Part shown: positions 37,601 to 51,559 of the stretch, one piece after another | Numbering within the stretch: the stretch's first letter is position 1 | Layout: each line of letters begins with the position of its first letter | Assembly (NCBI GenBank): GCA_000934665.2 | Contig: KZ538091.1 | Location: 62,001-126,000, forward strand | Direction of reading: 5' to 3' | DNA: 64,000 nucleotides | From: Catajapyx aquilonaris | Taxonomy: Eukaryota | Made by a program: the position numbers and the translations under genes | The notes under the pieces: model-generated | The model's database searches: none | The model's input: only the letters and a program-made list of their open reading frames with translations | Told to the model about the DNA's origin: nothing

Positions 37601-38565
37601 GTGTCCCCATTAACTTGCAAAAAAAAAGAGAGACTTGAAACGAGCCCTTGATTTTAATCTATAGTTTAGCATTAGGATATTCGAGTCATTCGCCTTCCAG
37701 GGCGGTGTCCTTTGATGCTCTTTATTTACATAATGCAAAAATCCTTTCCTGTTTCTTTTTTTTTTTTTGAAAGAGAGAGAGAGCTAGCTTTTTAATTGCA
37801 ATTTGTCAGGTCAGGCGAAAAAGCATATTTTCCACATTCCAAAAGCGCAATTTCCAAGGTACCCGGCCATGGTTAATATACGCTTCTGTGCCTGAAACAA
37901 ATTACTGAACAACGCCTATGTGGCATGTGCACTATAAAGTCAAGAAGTGGAACCGCCTACCTTAATAGGATTTTTTTTGTCGTGGTATAGAAACGAGGTG
38001 GGCCAAAAATCCATTTTTGGACAGTACAGTAACTGATCGATATACCGCAGCATAATAGTAATTTAATTATTATCCAATAGAAACCGGGCGCTTGTTGCAG
38101 TATTAAATCACATACACAATCCCAAGCTTCCAAAATTTGAAATGTTCAGATTCGCTAAGCACAGATGATAAATTATTAGTGCAATGCAGGGCTTAGACTA
38201 AGCATTTCTGAGCTTCCGGATGCTTAATCCTATTCCCAGCACTGGGAGAGAGAAAAAGAAAAATAACAGTCCTAAGGCTCTTCTCGGAGTGACCTGAGGT
38301 CAGAATCTCGAGAGGATTCAGACCTCATCACAGCCCAAATCCTCAAGTGCTGGAGAGAGTCTGCTGAATCGCTTTTTGCAGGAATGATAGCTATGTGCTA
38401 TATACAGCTACAGTAATTTGTGCGCAGGTGGTTGCACAGTGTGATATCACTTTAAATGGGATGTTACATTGGGTCGAGTCATGTGTGCGCACACATCAGT
38501 TTAATTAATTGTGTTGTTGTGGAGCTAAACGTTCTGACGAATTGTATTAAACGAGAGTGAATCAG

Positions 38566-38666
38566 TTTGGATGTAGTACGAAATGCCGCTACCAGATGGC
38601 GCACAGGCACACTGCTGCCGCTCTAGGAGGAAAGTAAGTACTACATGCACGTTGGTGATGAATCAC
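38566..38666 (+). repeat. Dispersed repeat, family B
   Basis: Same core as the 18862 and 51364 copies. Confidence 0.75.
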
Positions 38667-41600
38667 AGATTTGGTGTGTGTTGGGTCGCATCATGCCAGG
38701 ATAACTCAAATGTATGTAGAAACAGGCTTATTATTACTTTATAGTTATGTATAGCGGCAGGCCTATTCACAACCCATAATTTGAGTTGTCCCAGCCAGCT
38801 TTTGACGGCATAAGAGCCACAGCCACCAACCAATGTCGATACCCTCAGCTGAACAATAGTAACTGTTTATGGGTCTCTCTGCAGATCGTAAATCTACAGG
38901 ACGGCGGAGGAGGGGGGGACTGTATATACCATTTCTACAGGTCCCATTAGGCGTCTCATAAAGCCGGAAGGAAGTAGGTAAATATGAGCGAAATCCAGGC
39001 CGCAGTGGTATAACAATGTTACCCTGGCATGCAATATTAATGACAAGGCTCGAGTTGAGCAGCACTACCCTTCCCTTTCAGGACTTAACCATTTTCGCAT
39101 ATAACCCACTCTCCTTTCACAAAGCTTCCCCATCTTCACTGCATGTGTTGAAGCGTCCAGTTTCTCACGCCGCAGCATTTGGTATGCACGTTAAAGAGAC
39201 GCAAACTGGGCGTACCAAAGTAAATATGGTATATATGCAGGGTGTGTCAGAAATTGGCTAAAAAAATTTGTATACAAACCCACATATAATTCGACTGGTG
39301 GCTGCGCATGTCTAGGGGCATCAAATATTAGCTGTTGGATTTTCTACATTTTTGGAGCCAATATGACTCACCTTGTGTATGTAGACTCTGTTCAATCCCG
39401 AACTTCCGCTTTCTGTAGATTTATTCGACCGGTTTTGGCTGCCAGATGGCAGCATGTCTATAGGAAGTTCGGGTGGGTGCGTTTTGCAGCCCCCCTTTTT
39501 ATGGGTTGAAAAGTGTGCAGCCTGCCTTATACAGAAGCTACCTGAAGCGTGGAAGTCGTTTAAAATATACAGTGATGTCACCGCCCGACTGGTTGACTGT
39601 ATAATAAATCGGACAAGATGACGTCTTTCAGGTGTAGCCAAGGACACACACATAAAAAAAAAAAAAAATCTTGCCCATTTCCATTCAAGCCCCGTCAACT
39701 TTCCCATATCGAACTGGCTCATTCATAAGGCCAGAGTCAAGGACGAGAGCACAGAAAATAGGTCATGTTGGACACACACAAAAAAAAATTGTTCAGTGAT
39801 TTCAATGCATGTGCATCATAAAATTAAAAGCTATACTTCGAAAATGCCCAGGTGGTTTAAAGCCGCGGTAATAAATTCATAGCCTGGCTGCAGATTAATG
39901 TTGCAGTTCATCCAGAGAGAAATCAGGCTCCGCCCGAGCAGACGTCCCTGATTAGCACTACGATCGTAACTTCTATTTATGTCGTCAGACTATAATACTG
40001 TCTGTGCATATAATACTAACGAACAAAAGAGGTGGGAGAAAGAAAAAAAAATCGAGCCAAGGACGACCTCCAAACAACTTTTACTCGCAAAAAAAAATAA
40101 GTCGTAACTCTAATTGCAAATCACTGCCGCCTATTCGACAGAAAAATTTGTCACTTTTGTTGTCGCTCCAATTGCTTCGTGATGCTGTGTAAATATTTGC
40201 ACAAGCCTCTGCTTTTCCCCCCAGGCAAAACTTTCTCGCTTCAATACCGCACTTGGGAGGGGTGGGAGGGGGAGTTAAAACACTTCGATTGGCATACACT
40301 TCCCCTCTTGCACATAAGCCTCCAGAGGAGAGGATACTTGACGAAAACCTCGCAAGGCTGCATGGGATGCTACCAAATCCACGGTAATGAGGCTCAAGGT
40401 AGTGCTCGACGCGCCTCTGCTTTTACAGCAAGGGAAAACCAACCTTTCAAAGCCAGTGGATTTTGCCATCTTGTCTAAATCAAAGAGGCATTTCCCTATA
40501 GGAAACAGCCTCTCTGTCTGGGAGGTAAAATTTAATCCGATTTTCGCATTGGAAATAATCATCTCATGAACTCTCTGAAAACAGTCGAAACGTAAACAAC
40601 TCGTCTAGTTTATCAGAAATCACTGCCTTTTCAGGGTGGCAAATAAGACATTATTAGTCGAGGCTGCTGCAAAGACGCGGCTATAACCTTGTAATAACCA
40701 GTAGGATTCAATTAGATAACAGGGTTACGACCCTTGGTTCGTTATCTCACAAAAAATTGCGATTTGAACAATGGAAGGGTAGTGACCTTTTTTTTTTAAA
40801 AAAAAATCTGCAATTAGATATAACTCGAGTACATCATATGCAGTTGGCACACCCTGTACACGAGTCACCGGAGCAACAAGCCTTCATTTCCAAGCGGCTA
40901 GCTGCAACCAGGGCTCCGGATGTTTGCCAACTTCATGCGTGGGAAATGCGTGAGCTTAGGCGAATTGCCAAGATCAGTGTGTGGACCAGTCGAGTCTGAA
41001 AACAGGATTCTGCACAACAAAATTTTTTTTTGCGAACACTGCACTATGACCTGTAGATCAATATCGATGTGATGTCTGCCACTAAATTCTACACTAATCC
41101 GCAATGTAACGAAGGTACATCCAGTGCCAAAAAGGCACGTCCATTTTTGGCGAATTCCTACCAATTTCGCAAACGGAGAAAAAGGCCCTGGAGCCTATAA
41201 TTCAATTCCTAATGCCGCTTCAAAAGCGTATCGCGCTTCTTCTCCCCCAAAAAAAGAACTTCAGGATTTTTTATCGGTTTATTACTAACCCTTTTTTTTT
41301 TCTTCATCTCAAGTTTTTTTTTCGTGCATCCAATTAGTGCATTAGGCGATTCTAAAATGGGGGGGCAATTAACAAAATTACGCAAACAAAAGCACTGGGC
41401 AAACACATACACGTGAGGAGTGTGTTTGTTCATTCCGGGAGGTTTCCCGATTGTGTTGTATACATAATGAGAAATTCCGTTTTCTACTCGAGTTGAGGGC
41501 TGAAAATTTTAATCCTCGGTCCCCGGCACACACTGTTTCGCAATGAATAGTGTAACCGGTTTTTAAATGCGGCTCCGGTTATGAGCGTACCGTGTTATAT

Positions 41601-41796
41601 CATCTAAGGGTTTCCGAGCAAATATTTGCATTATTCCCGAGCCGGAAATATCACTGATTACTTATTCATGCGTTTATTACTGACTGTGTTTAACCTCATA
41701 TTTCGGGCTAACAAGTTCGGCTCTAAAATGTACTGAGTGCTGTTGTGTTCAATGAATCACTGCATGCTCCAAGAACGTATTCTTTCATTGAAACCG

Positions 41797-41945
41797 GTGA
41801 CAATCAAACAACTTTAATGAGATGGCCCGTCGATTTACCACGTAGTATTATTCATCACGCATAGATGGCACCCTGTGCACACTCCTGCCATCGTGCGAGA
41901 GACAGCGATACTATCAGATCGGACAAACATCCAACGGAGAGAATT
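41797..41945 (+). repeat. Family C internal fragment
   Basis: Aligns by eye with 47666-47830 and 34490-34640. Confidence 0.7.
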
Positions 41946-43891
41946 ATTTTATTGTTTAAATTATTCAAATAATTTACATACAATTTTTGGCTACATTTGC
42001 AGCCACTTTTTTCTCTGCGCATATTTTTGAGCGGCGACCCAGACTAATTTTGTCGCCTATCCTTGCAATTATGCCAGGCTTTTCGCACCTGTCTTCCTTT
42101 GCCAAAAAAAAAAAACTACCGGGTCCTAAAAGCACGTCCTGTGGGTCCCGGACTTGTCCGGAAAGAAGTGAATATTAACGCCCCTCTCGTTGATTATGAA
42201 CACAACACACGTTCAGGAATCATCGGTCTTCCGGAAAGGAGAAAAAATTGTCCGGAAAAGGGGTCTGTGGTCTGTGATCATTTTTCTCTCGGTCTCTTTG
42301 CTCTTCTGTCCGGGGCTGCTCATTACTGCTCCGGACAAGGAGGTCGCAGGGTACGGCCCCGGATTTTCTGCCAGGCACGTCCGACTGATTTTCCGGCTAG
42401 TGAAACACTAATCTCATGCTGTATGCGGACTCGACGGTTCCAAGTCTGTTAGAACCTTCACAAGAACCGACTTTGCAACCACCCCATTCAACTAACCACA
42501 TTGGCCTATGGCTGCATAAATGTGCCGTCAAGAAGGGTTGGTGCTTGAAGGACCAAACTCTCTCTCAGTATACTCGTATATATAGGCGAAGAGCAGTTCC
42601 TCATGCTGCTTTTGCCCACAAAAGCCTCTAGTTTGACCTACAGCTACTCAGCCTTAATTACACCATCCACTCACTTTCCTTGGGGCACCTACCGGCCATT
42701 AGGGAAGTGAATGGAGATTAATTATTTACCTAATGAAGTGATGGGTTAGAACACTAGTAATTTGCAGCTGGGTTTCCTCAGACTGGGTTTTGATGACGAT
42801 CGGAAATTATGATCATTTAGGTGCGTTAGGAAGGGGGGGGAGTCTATAGGAGACGTTGAGCTGTGAGAGAGGATTATTGGCTTGTTGTTTTTGGAAGAGC
42901 TGGAAGGCTTAGCATAATGTAAGCCCTTGAATGATTGTCAAGTTTTCACCAGAGAATTTGAAGAAAAAAAATTAGTTCCAAATATTAGTACGAATTACTG
43001 CTCCGGAATGAAAAACACAATGTGCAGAGCCTGCAAATAATATATGTTGGGAATCCGCATTTGTTACATTATTGATCATATTTCGATTACGTCCTACATA
43101 ACCGCAGTGTTATTATTAAAATTGCGCGTATGATTGTAGTTGCTGACAGTGAGTACATAATGAACGAGGCTTGTATTTATTTTTATCGTGCCTGCAATGT
43201 TAGCATAGTTAATTGATCCCATCTGCCCGTTAATTTTTGCTGGCTGACCAGTGTTTGAATAGGGGCATAGTTATTTTTAAAAATCAGAGTGGGTCATCAT
43301 AGTAGACTATTTAAAAAAAACAACCGTTGAGCACCCTCTAAAATTAGTCGGATCTGGCCTGGCTCAAAACTAAAACCCGGATCTATATATTCCTGAATGC
43401 TGATGTCACATTATCAGGTGTGTGTGTCACCGGATTTGCAAAAAAAAAAAAATGCGGTCCTGGATGACATGACACACAGAGAAGTGTAAAATCGCGTGAC
43501 ATCGGGGGGGATGGCCCCGGTTTATTCCCAAAAGTAAAGACTGATGATATCGGTGCTAGGTACACAATTTGCTTATATGCTTAGTTGACTGTCAAAATGA
43601 GTTTAACACCCCCGCCAACAATGCACGCCTGCAAAAACCAGGGTGGGCAAAAATATGCATGAATTTTAACTGACACTTGTGCAAACACGCCGCAAACAAC
43701 ACGAGACCTTTGCAACCTGTCACCTCACACTGAATACTATTTATGTCCGTTTAGAGCTAACTACCGAGCTGGAATAACAATACTAACCCTGCAATTCGCA
43801 CATTCGGAATTAGGCAACAAATATTTACTTCCCTTTTTGTAGGAAGCCCCAAAAAAGCCGTCAAGTACAATTTTCAGATTTTTTCAAAATA

Positions 43892-44116
43892 CTAGAAAAA
43901 TCCTCGCTTCGCTCACTGGGTGCGGGAGTGGAGAGGGGGCGATGTATACTCTCCGACCGACAGCGAACGAATGAACGGTTCCTCCTACTACGCACCAGAG
44001 GCGCTGCCTCCACCCCCCATTGCACATGCGCATAACAGGGACCTATCGGAAACGTCGCGGTAACACCAATCAGAAGGCATAACCATACAACATGAATATG
44101 ATTTTAATATTATATA
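43892..44116 (-). mobile_element. Helitron-like family A copy
   Basis: Minus-strand 3' end GAGCGAAGCGAGGATTTTTCTAG|T; body similar to the other family A copies. Confidence 0.65.
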
Positions 44117-47100
44117 TTCCGCTTATGTACAGTCCAGATCAAATCAATCGGCGCCATATTTAATTCCCATAACTATATACAATCACTCCCAATTTATAAC
44201 ACTTAACCTCTATTTGATCTCCGACCGCCCAAAAATTATATTTTAGTACCAGCCAGTTCAGACAGTAGCCGCTTTATCCCCACTCCTAAATCGATTTGCC
44301 TATGACTGAATAATAAACCTGGAATTGCTCAAGTCAGTCGAGAGATAGGTACGGATAAACGCATAAGAAGGACCACGGCCTGTGTTGAAGGGGGAGGGGG
44401 GGGGGGAAGAAAACCGTCAACTGAGGTACTTTTGGGAAATCAGGCACGCGAATAACCTTACCCTCCGCCACGTATAACCCAGCTCTTGAACTTTTTTTTT
44501 CTTCTTCTTCTATAGTAGACCTATGCAAAAAAGCCCTTTCTCCCGGAAACCCATAAAAATTCTTGTCGAGCGCTTTTTGGCAAGAATTGACTGAGCTTCC
44601 TTTTCTTCTTCTCACAGAATTTGTACTTCTTTTTTGTACAAAAAAAAATCAGGGATGGGTGGTGCCTTTCCGTACTACAAAAGGATAGTTCCTTCTTCTT
44701 GATAGGGGATGGTGTATATAGTACAAGAGTTGAAAAAAAAGGAAAGAAAGAAAGAAGAAGAAAAAAAAAAGTTCTGCTCGTTTGCTTTACAGTTTGCCAC
44801 AGCAGGAGAAGGAAACGCAGCTTCCTTGGCTGCCATCATGATTGGAGCAAAGCCGCTTCCACACTCCGCCTCATTACCTCAATCCTAAGGAAGGATTCGC
44901 AAAAAAAAACCTTTGCCAAAACATCCTTTTCGCAAAAAAAAGGAGGGCTGGATTTGATCCGCTCAAACCCTTGCCTGTTTCTCAGCCCTAAGTAATTAAA
45001 CTTGGAGACCGCTTTTTTTCCTTAAGGGCAGAAAAAAAATTTGCACACTTTTTTTGGGGCCAAGTTGGCAGGCCTGGGCGCTATAAGCACATCAAAGCCA
45101 ATAATTTCTCTCACCGGAGCCTCCGAAGGAGATATTAAACGCGAAATTATGCAAATTATATCCCTATTACTTTGCTACCTGCAGCTACGACTTTATTAAG
45201 TTTCGGGGTGGAGGGGGGGAGGGCAGGAGAACTTTAAAAAAAATCGATCTGCATATTTTCCACTTGTGTGCAGCAGAAAAGTATTCGCACCCATATCCAA
45301 ATGGCCATTTTGCATTTTTTTTCCTCTCTCTCTTCAAAAACCGATGTTTATTTATGAGTGCTATATAGGGTGCTGTAGGGTGTTGCTTTTTAACTATAGG
45401 AGGATATGTCTCTCAGGATTTTGGAAGCGGTTGTTTGCACTGATGCGACGGACCTGAAGGGTTATGCAAAACTAGGGGAATGTCCGTTTTGATTAAGATT
45501 CATGGCGTTGGGTAAAGGAAACATGTAGCTTAATAAAGGCTGTGTACATTTTCCGGGCCAATCCAAGCATAAATATGCAAATTGCTCTCTGGAAAACACA
45601 AAACTTGAGTGTGTCCAAAAATATTTCACATACTTGGAGTTGCCAAAAAAAATTAGCTCTTTGAACTCACGCATTTCATTCACGCCTGTAAAATTTTTCT
45701 GTGGCGCTTAACCTGGCGTAAAATTACAGCTTTTTTCCGCCTAATTTCAAGCCATGCCCTCCCTATACAGGTAGAGAGCTTCTGAATTATACAGCATATT
45801 AATTTGACATGTACTGTACATTTGTGTGTGGCGCCCCCATGCTTCCGCAAGGCCTGCAAAAGCCTCCAGCGTCACATTTCACGACACCGACAAAACATGA
45901 CGCTAAATCATAACACAAAGAGCAGCATACGCGTAATAAAACATCGCACGCGCTTCAACCCACACACGTACTATATAAAAAAATAGCAGTGATTCATCCG
46001 CCAGTTAAATAATCGTGGTAAAGTCAACTCAGACCGATAACCCTGAACATCCTCTCCTATTGGCACATCCTCTCGAACCCCCTAAGCTGTTACTGCACTT
46101 TGTCCTCTCTGGTTGGGAGGTGACCCAATTTTTCTCTTGGGGAGGTCCCTCGATCTACTCATCCCGAGGTCAATATATTCTCCTGGGGAAGTGCATGACT
46201 GAGGAAAAAAGGTTGGTTGGAAAAAAAAGGAGGGGGTTCGACAAATGGACTGAAAGTGGTCAGTTCGAACTTGGACTCAAAATGTGTGTAAACAAGACGA
46301 AATTCGTACCCATTTCGTACCTGTTTTTGTACCTATATAGGTGTATAGAGGCAATGATTGAACTACTGTGCTATATTGGACACAACAAAAAACAGGAGCC
46401 AGGAGGTCGGTGAGCTGATGATTGGGGCACTTTGCAATCACGCCATCCTGCTCGATATTCTTAACCCGTTCCCAGCAGTATATACCAAACAGTAATACTC
46501 ACCCTCCAATTCGGTTGACCTCTGTCCAGCGACCCCTATTGTCGATCTGAAAGGAAATTGGATAGGGCATAAAAATCACGTGAAGTACACAATGTCATCA
46601 GCCTTATAAGAACACTAAAGAATTATTTTTCAACCAGCCTTTTGACTCTGATGTCAGACTCAACATGTCTGCTTTCACATGTTGTCACTTTCCGTGCCGT
46701 AAATTTTTTCACTTGGCCTTTTTTTTAAAAAAAAAAAAATGCCTTTCAAGCTTCCACCGCCACATTTTTCAACGCCTACTGATTCCTTTGGGGATTATCG
46801 TCAGTTGTAGCCCTTTTTTTCCGCGCCACTTGGATTTAGTAGACAAGTAGGGAACCGACGGAGGTTGGATCTTACAAAAAAAAGTAGCTTAAAAAAAAGC
46901 TAGGCACAGATGTGCTTGGCAAGTAAGAAGTGGAAACTACAAGGGACTATCGGTTATCGAAACTGCCAGGTCCCAGGCCTTTTTCCCCAGTTGGTTCTCC
47001 TCTAGTTTCCCCAGAGAAAACAAAACGTGTCCATTACCACCAGACGCGACTCCATAAAAGGCTCTTGGGCTGCCCATCTCAAATTGGGTGCAAAGTCCGT

Positions 47101-47665
47101 CCTAAATGACCAACCCAGGTCCCCGATACCAGCCGTCTTCCAATTTCAGAGGAAGACACCCCCCATCATTTTCAAAATTGGTCCCCTGGTCTTTCTCACG
47201 TGCTTCTGTCTATTCAAGTATCGTTGTAATCTCGAGTATGTGTGTGCTTGCGTGTGCTTTTCCCGGTTCGTTGGATGTGCTTCTTGCGGTCGTTAACTCG
47301 AGTACGTGGGATACCTACTGTACTGGCCGGGTTTGAACTTGGCAGACATTAAATATTTACAGCCTATATGTATCGCCCGAATCAAATCCAAACAGGTGTT
47401 CACAACACAGTTATTAACATTTAACGCCCTGAAGTTAATTTGCTTTAAAATATTAAGCAGCACTCACAGCGTTTGGCCACCTCTTAAAATGCAGCCTTAC
47501 CCGGCCTTACCAATGTAAATGTTAACAGCACCCGCTGAAGAAAATCGACCACCATGATGTACAGTATACTGTATGACCAAAGAAAAACCATTACCGGTAC
47601 TTTAATATCGCAATTTTTAGTGAACCCGTTGCCAAATTTGGGCATAACATGAAATTAGTATGGCA

Positions 47666-47830
47666 GTGACAATTGAAACAACTTTAATGAGATAGCCCGC
47701 CGATTTACCACATAATCCTATTATTCACGCATAGATGGCGTACACTCCCTCTGCACACTCCTGCCAGGTGATGCGAGAGAAAGCGATACTATCAGGTCGG
47801 ACAAACATCCGATGGAGAGAATAAGCCAAT
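47666..47830 (+). repeat. Family C internal fragment
   Basis: Aligns by eye with 41797-41945. Confidence 0.7.
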
Positions 47831-49297
47831 CAGGAGAAAGTATTTTTCCCCCCCTTATAAATAGCAGCTATGGATGCATTTTTTTTGCCCACGTTTCCAG
47901 CACCGCCGCCAAAATAGCTAATAATGACTTCTCTAACAGTTAACTTCGCCCATATTTTTACATTCCAGTCTCCCCAGCCCAAATAGCTATCGCAGGCTAT
48001 TAGCCACCCAGTCGATAAAACCACCCGAACTCCCAATTACTACTGGACACCTGATATATTTGGTAGCTCCGGATCGGCTTAATCAAGCGTAACTGCCTCT
48101 ATCCCAACCCGCAACAACCCATTGAGTTCAGGTCACGCCCTCTAAAACTTTATCCCTCTGCAAAAAAAAAAGTGCAAAAAAGTGCAAAAAAAAATAACCT
48201 CAAGATTGTTTGTGTCCAGCCCAGTAAAGGGCCACAAGCACTATTTGGGACACCCAGTCTTCCAGAATCCAAAAACGTGCCGCCAATTTTGACAGCCTTT
48301 GAAAAAATATATTTTTTTTTCCTCACTCTCTCTCTCTCTCTCCGGAAGGTACGGGACATGGATACATAACGAAATCGGTGTGCGTGACGGCCATTGGCCA
48401 CTACGGTTCCGCTACAAGAAACTCATCTCCGGGGCCAGGGAAAAAATAAAAAATAAAGTCATATAGGTCTTGGGGACATGAAAATTTGACCCTTGGCTAC
48501 GTTACAAGTAAATGGACTTCCTCGGACTCATCCCTCAAATTCTGGGTAGGTCTGGTTCCCTCGCCTTGGGACCCGTTTCCAGCTTGTAAAGCTCACCTTC
48601 CCGGAATTAACTTTTGACCTACGAGGCACTTTAATCCTGGCAGAAAGGGTGGGGGGGATGGAGGGTAGGGGGGAGGGCCACTGAAAATTGCACGGGCCGT
48701 TTAAAGGTTCGAAGACGACGTCGTAAATCGGCTGTCGTTTCGGCTTTTCCGTCACCGATACGTTAAAAAAAAGAGAGGCTGGAGCACTAAAACCTACACC
48801 AAACAGTACACTCTTTGACACGTTGGGTCAACATTTAATTTTTAGTGTCCTTTAAATTATTGGAACGTACTGTTGTACAGTGCTGCGGATCGAAGAAACT
48901 GGCAGGGTTTCTCACAAATAATTTACATGCTTGCACTGTAATTGAAGACATTCCATTGAACAGGATGTGCCAGAGAATTGTACTCAAAATTCCTTTGAAA
49001 TGTATACTGTATACTGGAGAGGTGATTTTCTCATCTGTCACTGATCTAACATTTGCCGAAAAAATCATTTTCTAACGAATATTGTTAGCGTAAAGTATAG
49101 CTATGGGCATGTGTATAGGTGCTGAAACGTTTCGATCCTAATAGCGGAAGTAGGATGTAGTTTTAAAAAACATGGGGAGACATTTAGGACTTCTCTGGGA
49201 CCATTGGGGGAACACTGATCGATCTGAAAGGAAATCGAGTTCTATGAGTATATATACGGCGGTTGCTGGTGTTTAGTGGTCTCAGCTGAAGCTGGGG

Positions 49298-49362
<65 letters not shown>
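49298..49362. repeat. Compound (CA)n(AG)~26 microsatellite
   Basis: Directly visible. Confidence 0.95.
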
Positions 49363-49365
<3 letters not shown>

Positions 49366-49924
49366 CTAGAGGGAGACTGCATTCTGCGGTCTGTAAACTT
49401 TATCTGGGGCCCCGGATTTATTTTCCATGACAGGAAAATGTCAATCAGGGTCTGTAACATCACCGTATTTAAAAAAATGTTCCTTCCCGCAGGCTGTCAT
49501 TTCAGGAAAACCATGCATTCATTAAAACTTGGCTGGCACATAGGACGAGGTCTCTCGTTTTTGGAGATGTCTGTAAATGGGCAGCCCTTGGGGGGGTCCC
49601 CGATCCTATCACGTGGGCCACAAAATTGAAAACCTGGTTCCAGTTGGATATTGGGCCCGCTTTTTGGCCAACTTTCAACAGAAAAAAAGAGAGAGATGGG
49701 GTGGGGAGGGGGGGGGGCTTGTGATGGGAATGTGGAAGCTGGAATCCTCCTAAAGGGTTACAAACTCGTTGCGACCAATGACGCCCTAGTTTACGGCCTT
49801 TCTGCTGGCGTAGTACTTTTGATGCTATACTGTAGGTATACCTGGGTAAATCAAACGGAAACGTACTAACTGCCTCCATCCCAACGACGCATGCTCTGTA
49901 GAAACTGACCTAAACGCCGCTATA

Positions 49925-50270
49925 TAATCGAATATTGCTGTATGTGCACATCGTTGAAATCGCACATCGAAATTATCTAATTCCGATGTAATTGCATATC
50001 GATATAATCTAATTTCGATATAATCGCATATCGATATAATTATTGGACTTCTATGTATTACATATCGATATAATTTAATGTCGATAGCATACATCATTTC
50101 GATATTATTTATTTTCGATATTATTTAATTTCGATATATCATACCGATGTAATATATTTATAATTATTATATCGATACTGTAAATTTTGATGCAATTGCA
50201 TATAAATCGAATTTTGACGTATAATTTATTAGCGATACGGTACAAACGATATTTGAAAAATTTGCCATTC
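49925..50270. repeat. Degenerate ATCGATAT/CGATA-rich tandem array
   Basis: Many TCGATA(T) variants in AT-rich sequence. Confidence 0.75.
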
Positions 50271-51363
50271 CGTATACATATGAATATTGAGTCCCAGGAG
50301 CAAATGCGAAGAACTTGATCTAGTTTCTGCCCTTCCAACAATAATGGGAGATTGTTTGGCACAACTTGCATATTATACTGTACACATGCAACGATATTAT
50401 TCCGGCGCACGTAATCTTCTCCTGGCCCAAACTAGTGCTATTGACCAAACTAATCCACATCCTCCCTGGATTTGAACCCAACTACGTGTTACCCTACACG
50501 AATGGTCACAAATGCCTGGACGTGCGTTGCAAATGAATTCATTTCCTTCTCCGATCACCCCGCAGGAAAACGGCCCCACTCTGTAGCCCCCCCGCCCCGT
50601 TGCCATGCAAAATCTCCGCTCACTCCGTTCCTAAAAGACACTTGGAAGCGAAACATTCCGTGGAAACAAACACCTTTTTTTAAAACCCCAGGTAACAGAC
50701 AAAAAAGTGCCACTCGAGAATTCAGATTGGTGGAAGCCTTTTTGCAGTGCAGAAAAAAAATTGCAATAAAAGTGTATGTGTGTTCCCAGGCCATTTTCAG
50801 GCTCCAGGTCGTTAATGGGATCCTTTTCCTCCCCCCACCTTCCCCCTTCCCCCTCCAATTCCCCCGTCCCTCTAACGGGTCTAGAGCCATATAGATGCAA
50901 AATTGCCCTGCAAGTATCCCTGGCTGTAATATGTGCTCCAGAAGGCTCACTTGCAGCTCTCACATCATTTAATGTACGTAGCCAGATCCTCTCCTCCTCC
51001 CCTCCCCCAACCATCCTCAACAAGCCTCATTCACTAAATCCCTGCTTCAACAATGGCCCTGGTGGTAGGGGTGGTGGTGAGGTGTAGAAGGCCTCTACCC
51101 TCCAGATAATTCAGCTTTTCGGTCGCAAGGATGGTAATCAAGAAAATATCCCCCCCTCCCAAATATGTATAGAGCTCTGGGTGTGCAAGTTGGGGACCAT
51201 AAATGCATGGAGAGCTGGTCCCGTTCGATAAGAGGACCCCCTCTTTAATAATGGGCTTCCGAATTTTTGGGAGGAAAATGAATACCGGTATATCCAATTT
51301 TATGTGATCCCCGGAAATATCAATTTCTGTGTAAACTAGCAGACTTGGCAACACTGCCCTGAC

Positions 51364-51559
51364 TTGGACGTAGTACGATATTCCACTACCAGTTGGCGCA
51401 TAGGTCTGACACTACTGCCCCTATAAAGGAGTACAGAGTACTACATGCACGTTGGTGATGAGTATGCGCGGACAAAGCCCACCAGCCTCCGTTGATGTGT
51501 GTCCATGCAGAGTGAAAAGTGATAATTGTGGTAGCTACATGCCCGTTGGTGATGAGTCA
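51364..51559 (+). repeat. Dispersed repeat, family B, with duplicated 3' motif
   Basis: Core at 51364-51463 plus a second CTACATGCCCGTTGGTGATGAGTCA at 51535-51559. Confidence 0.7.
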
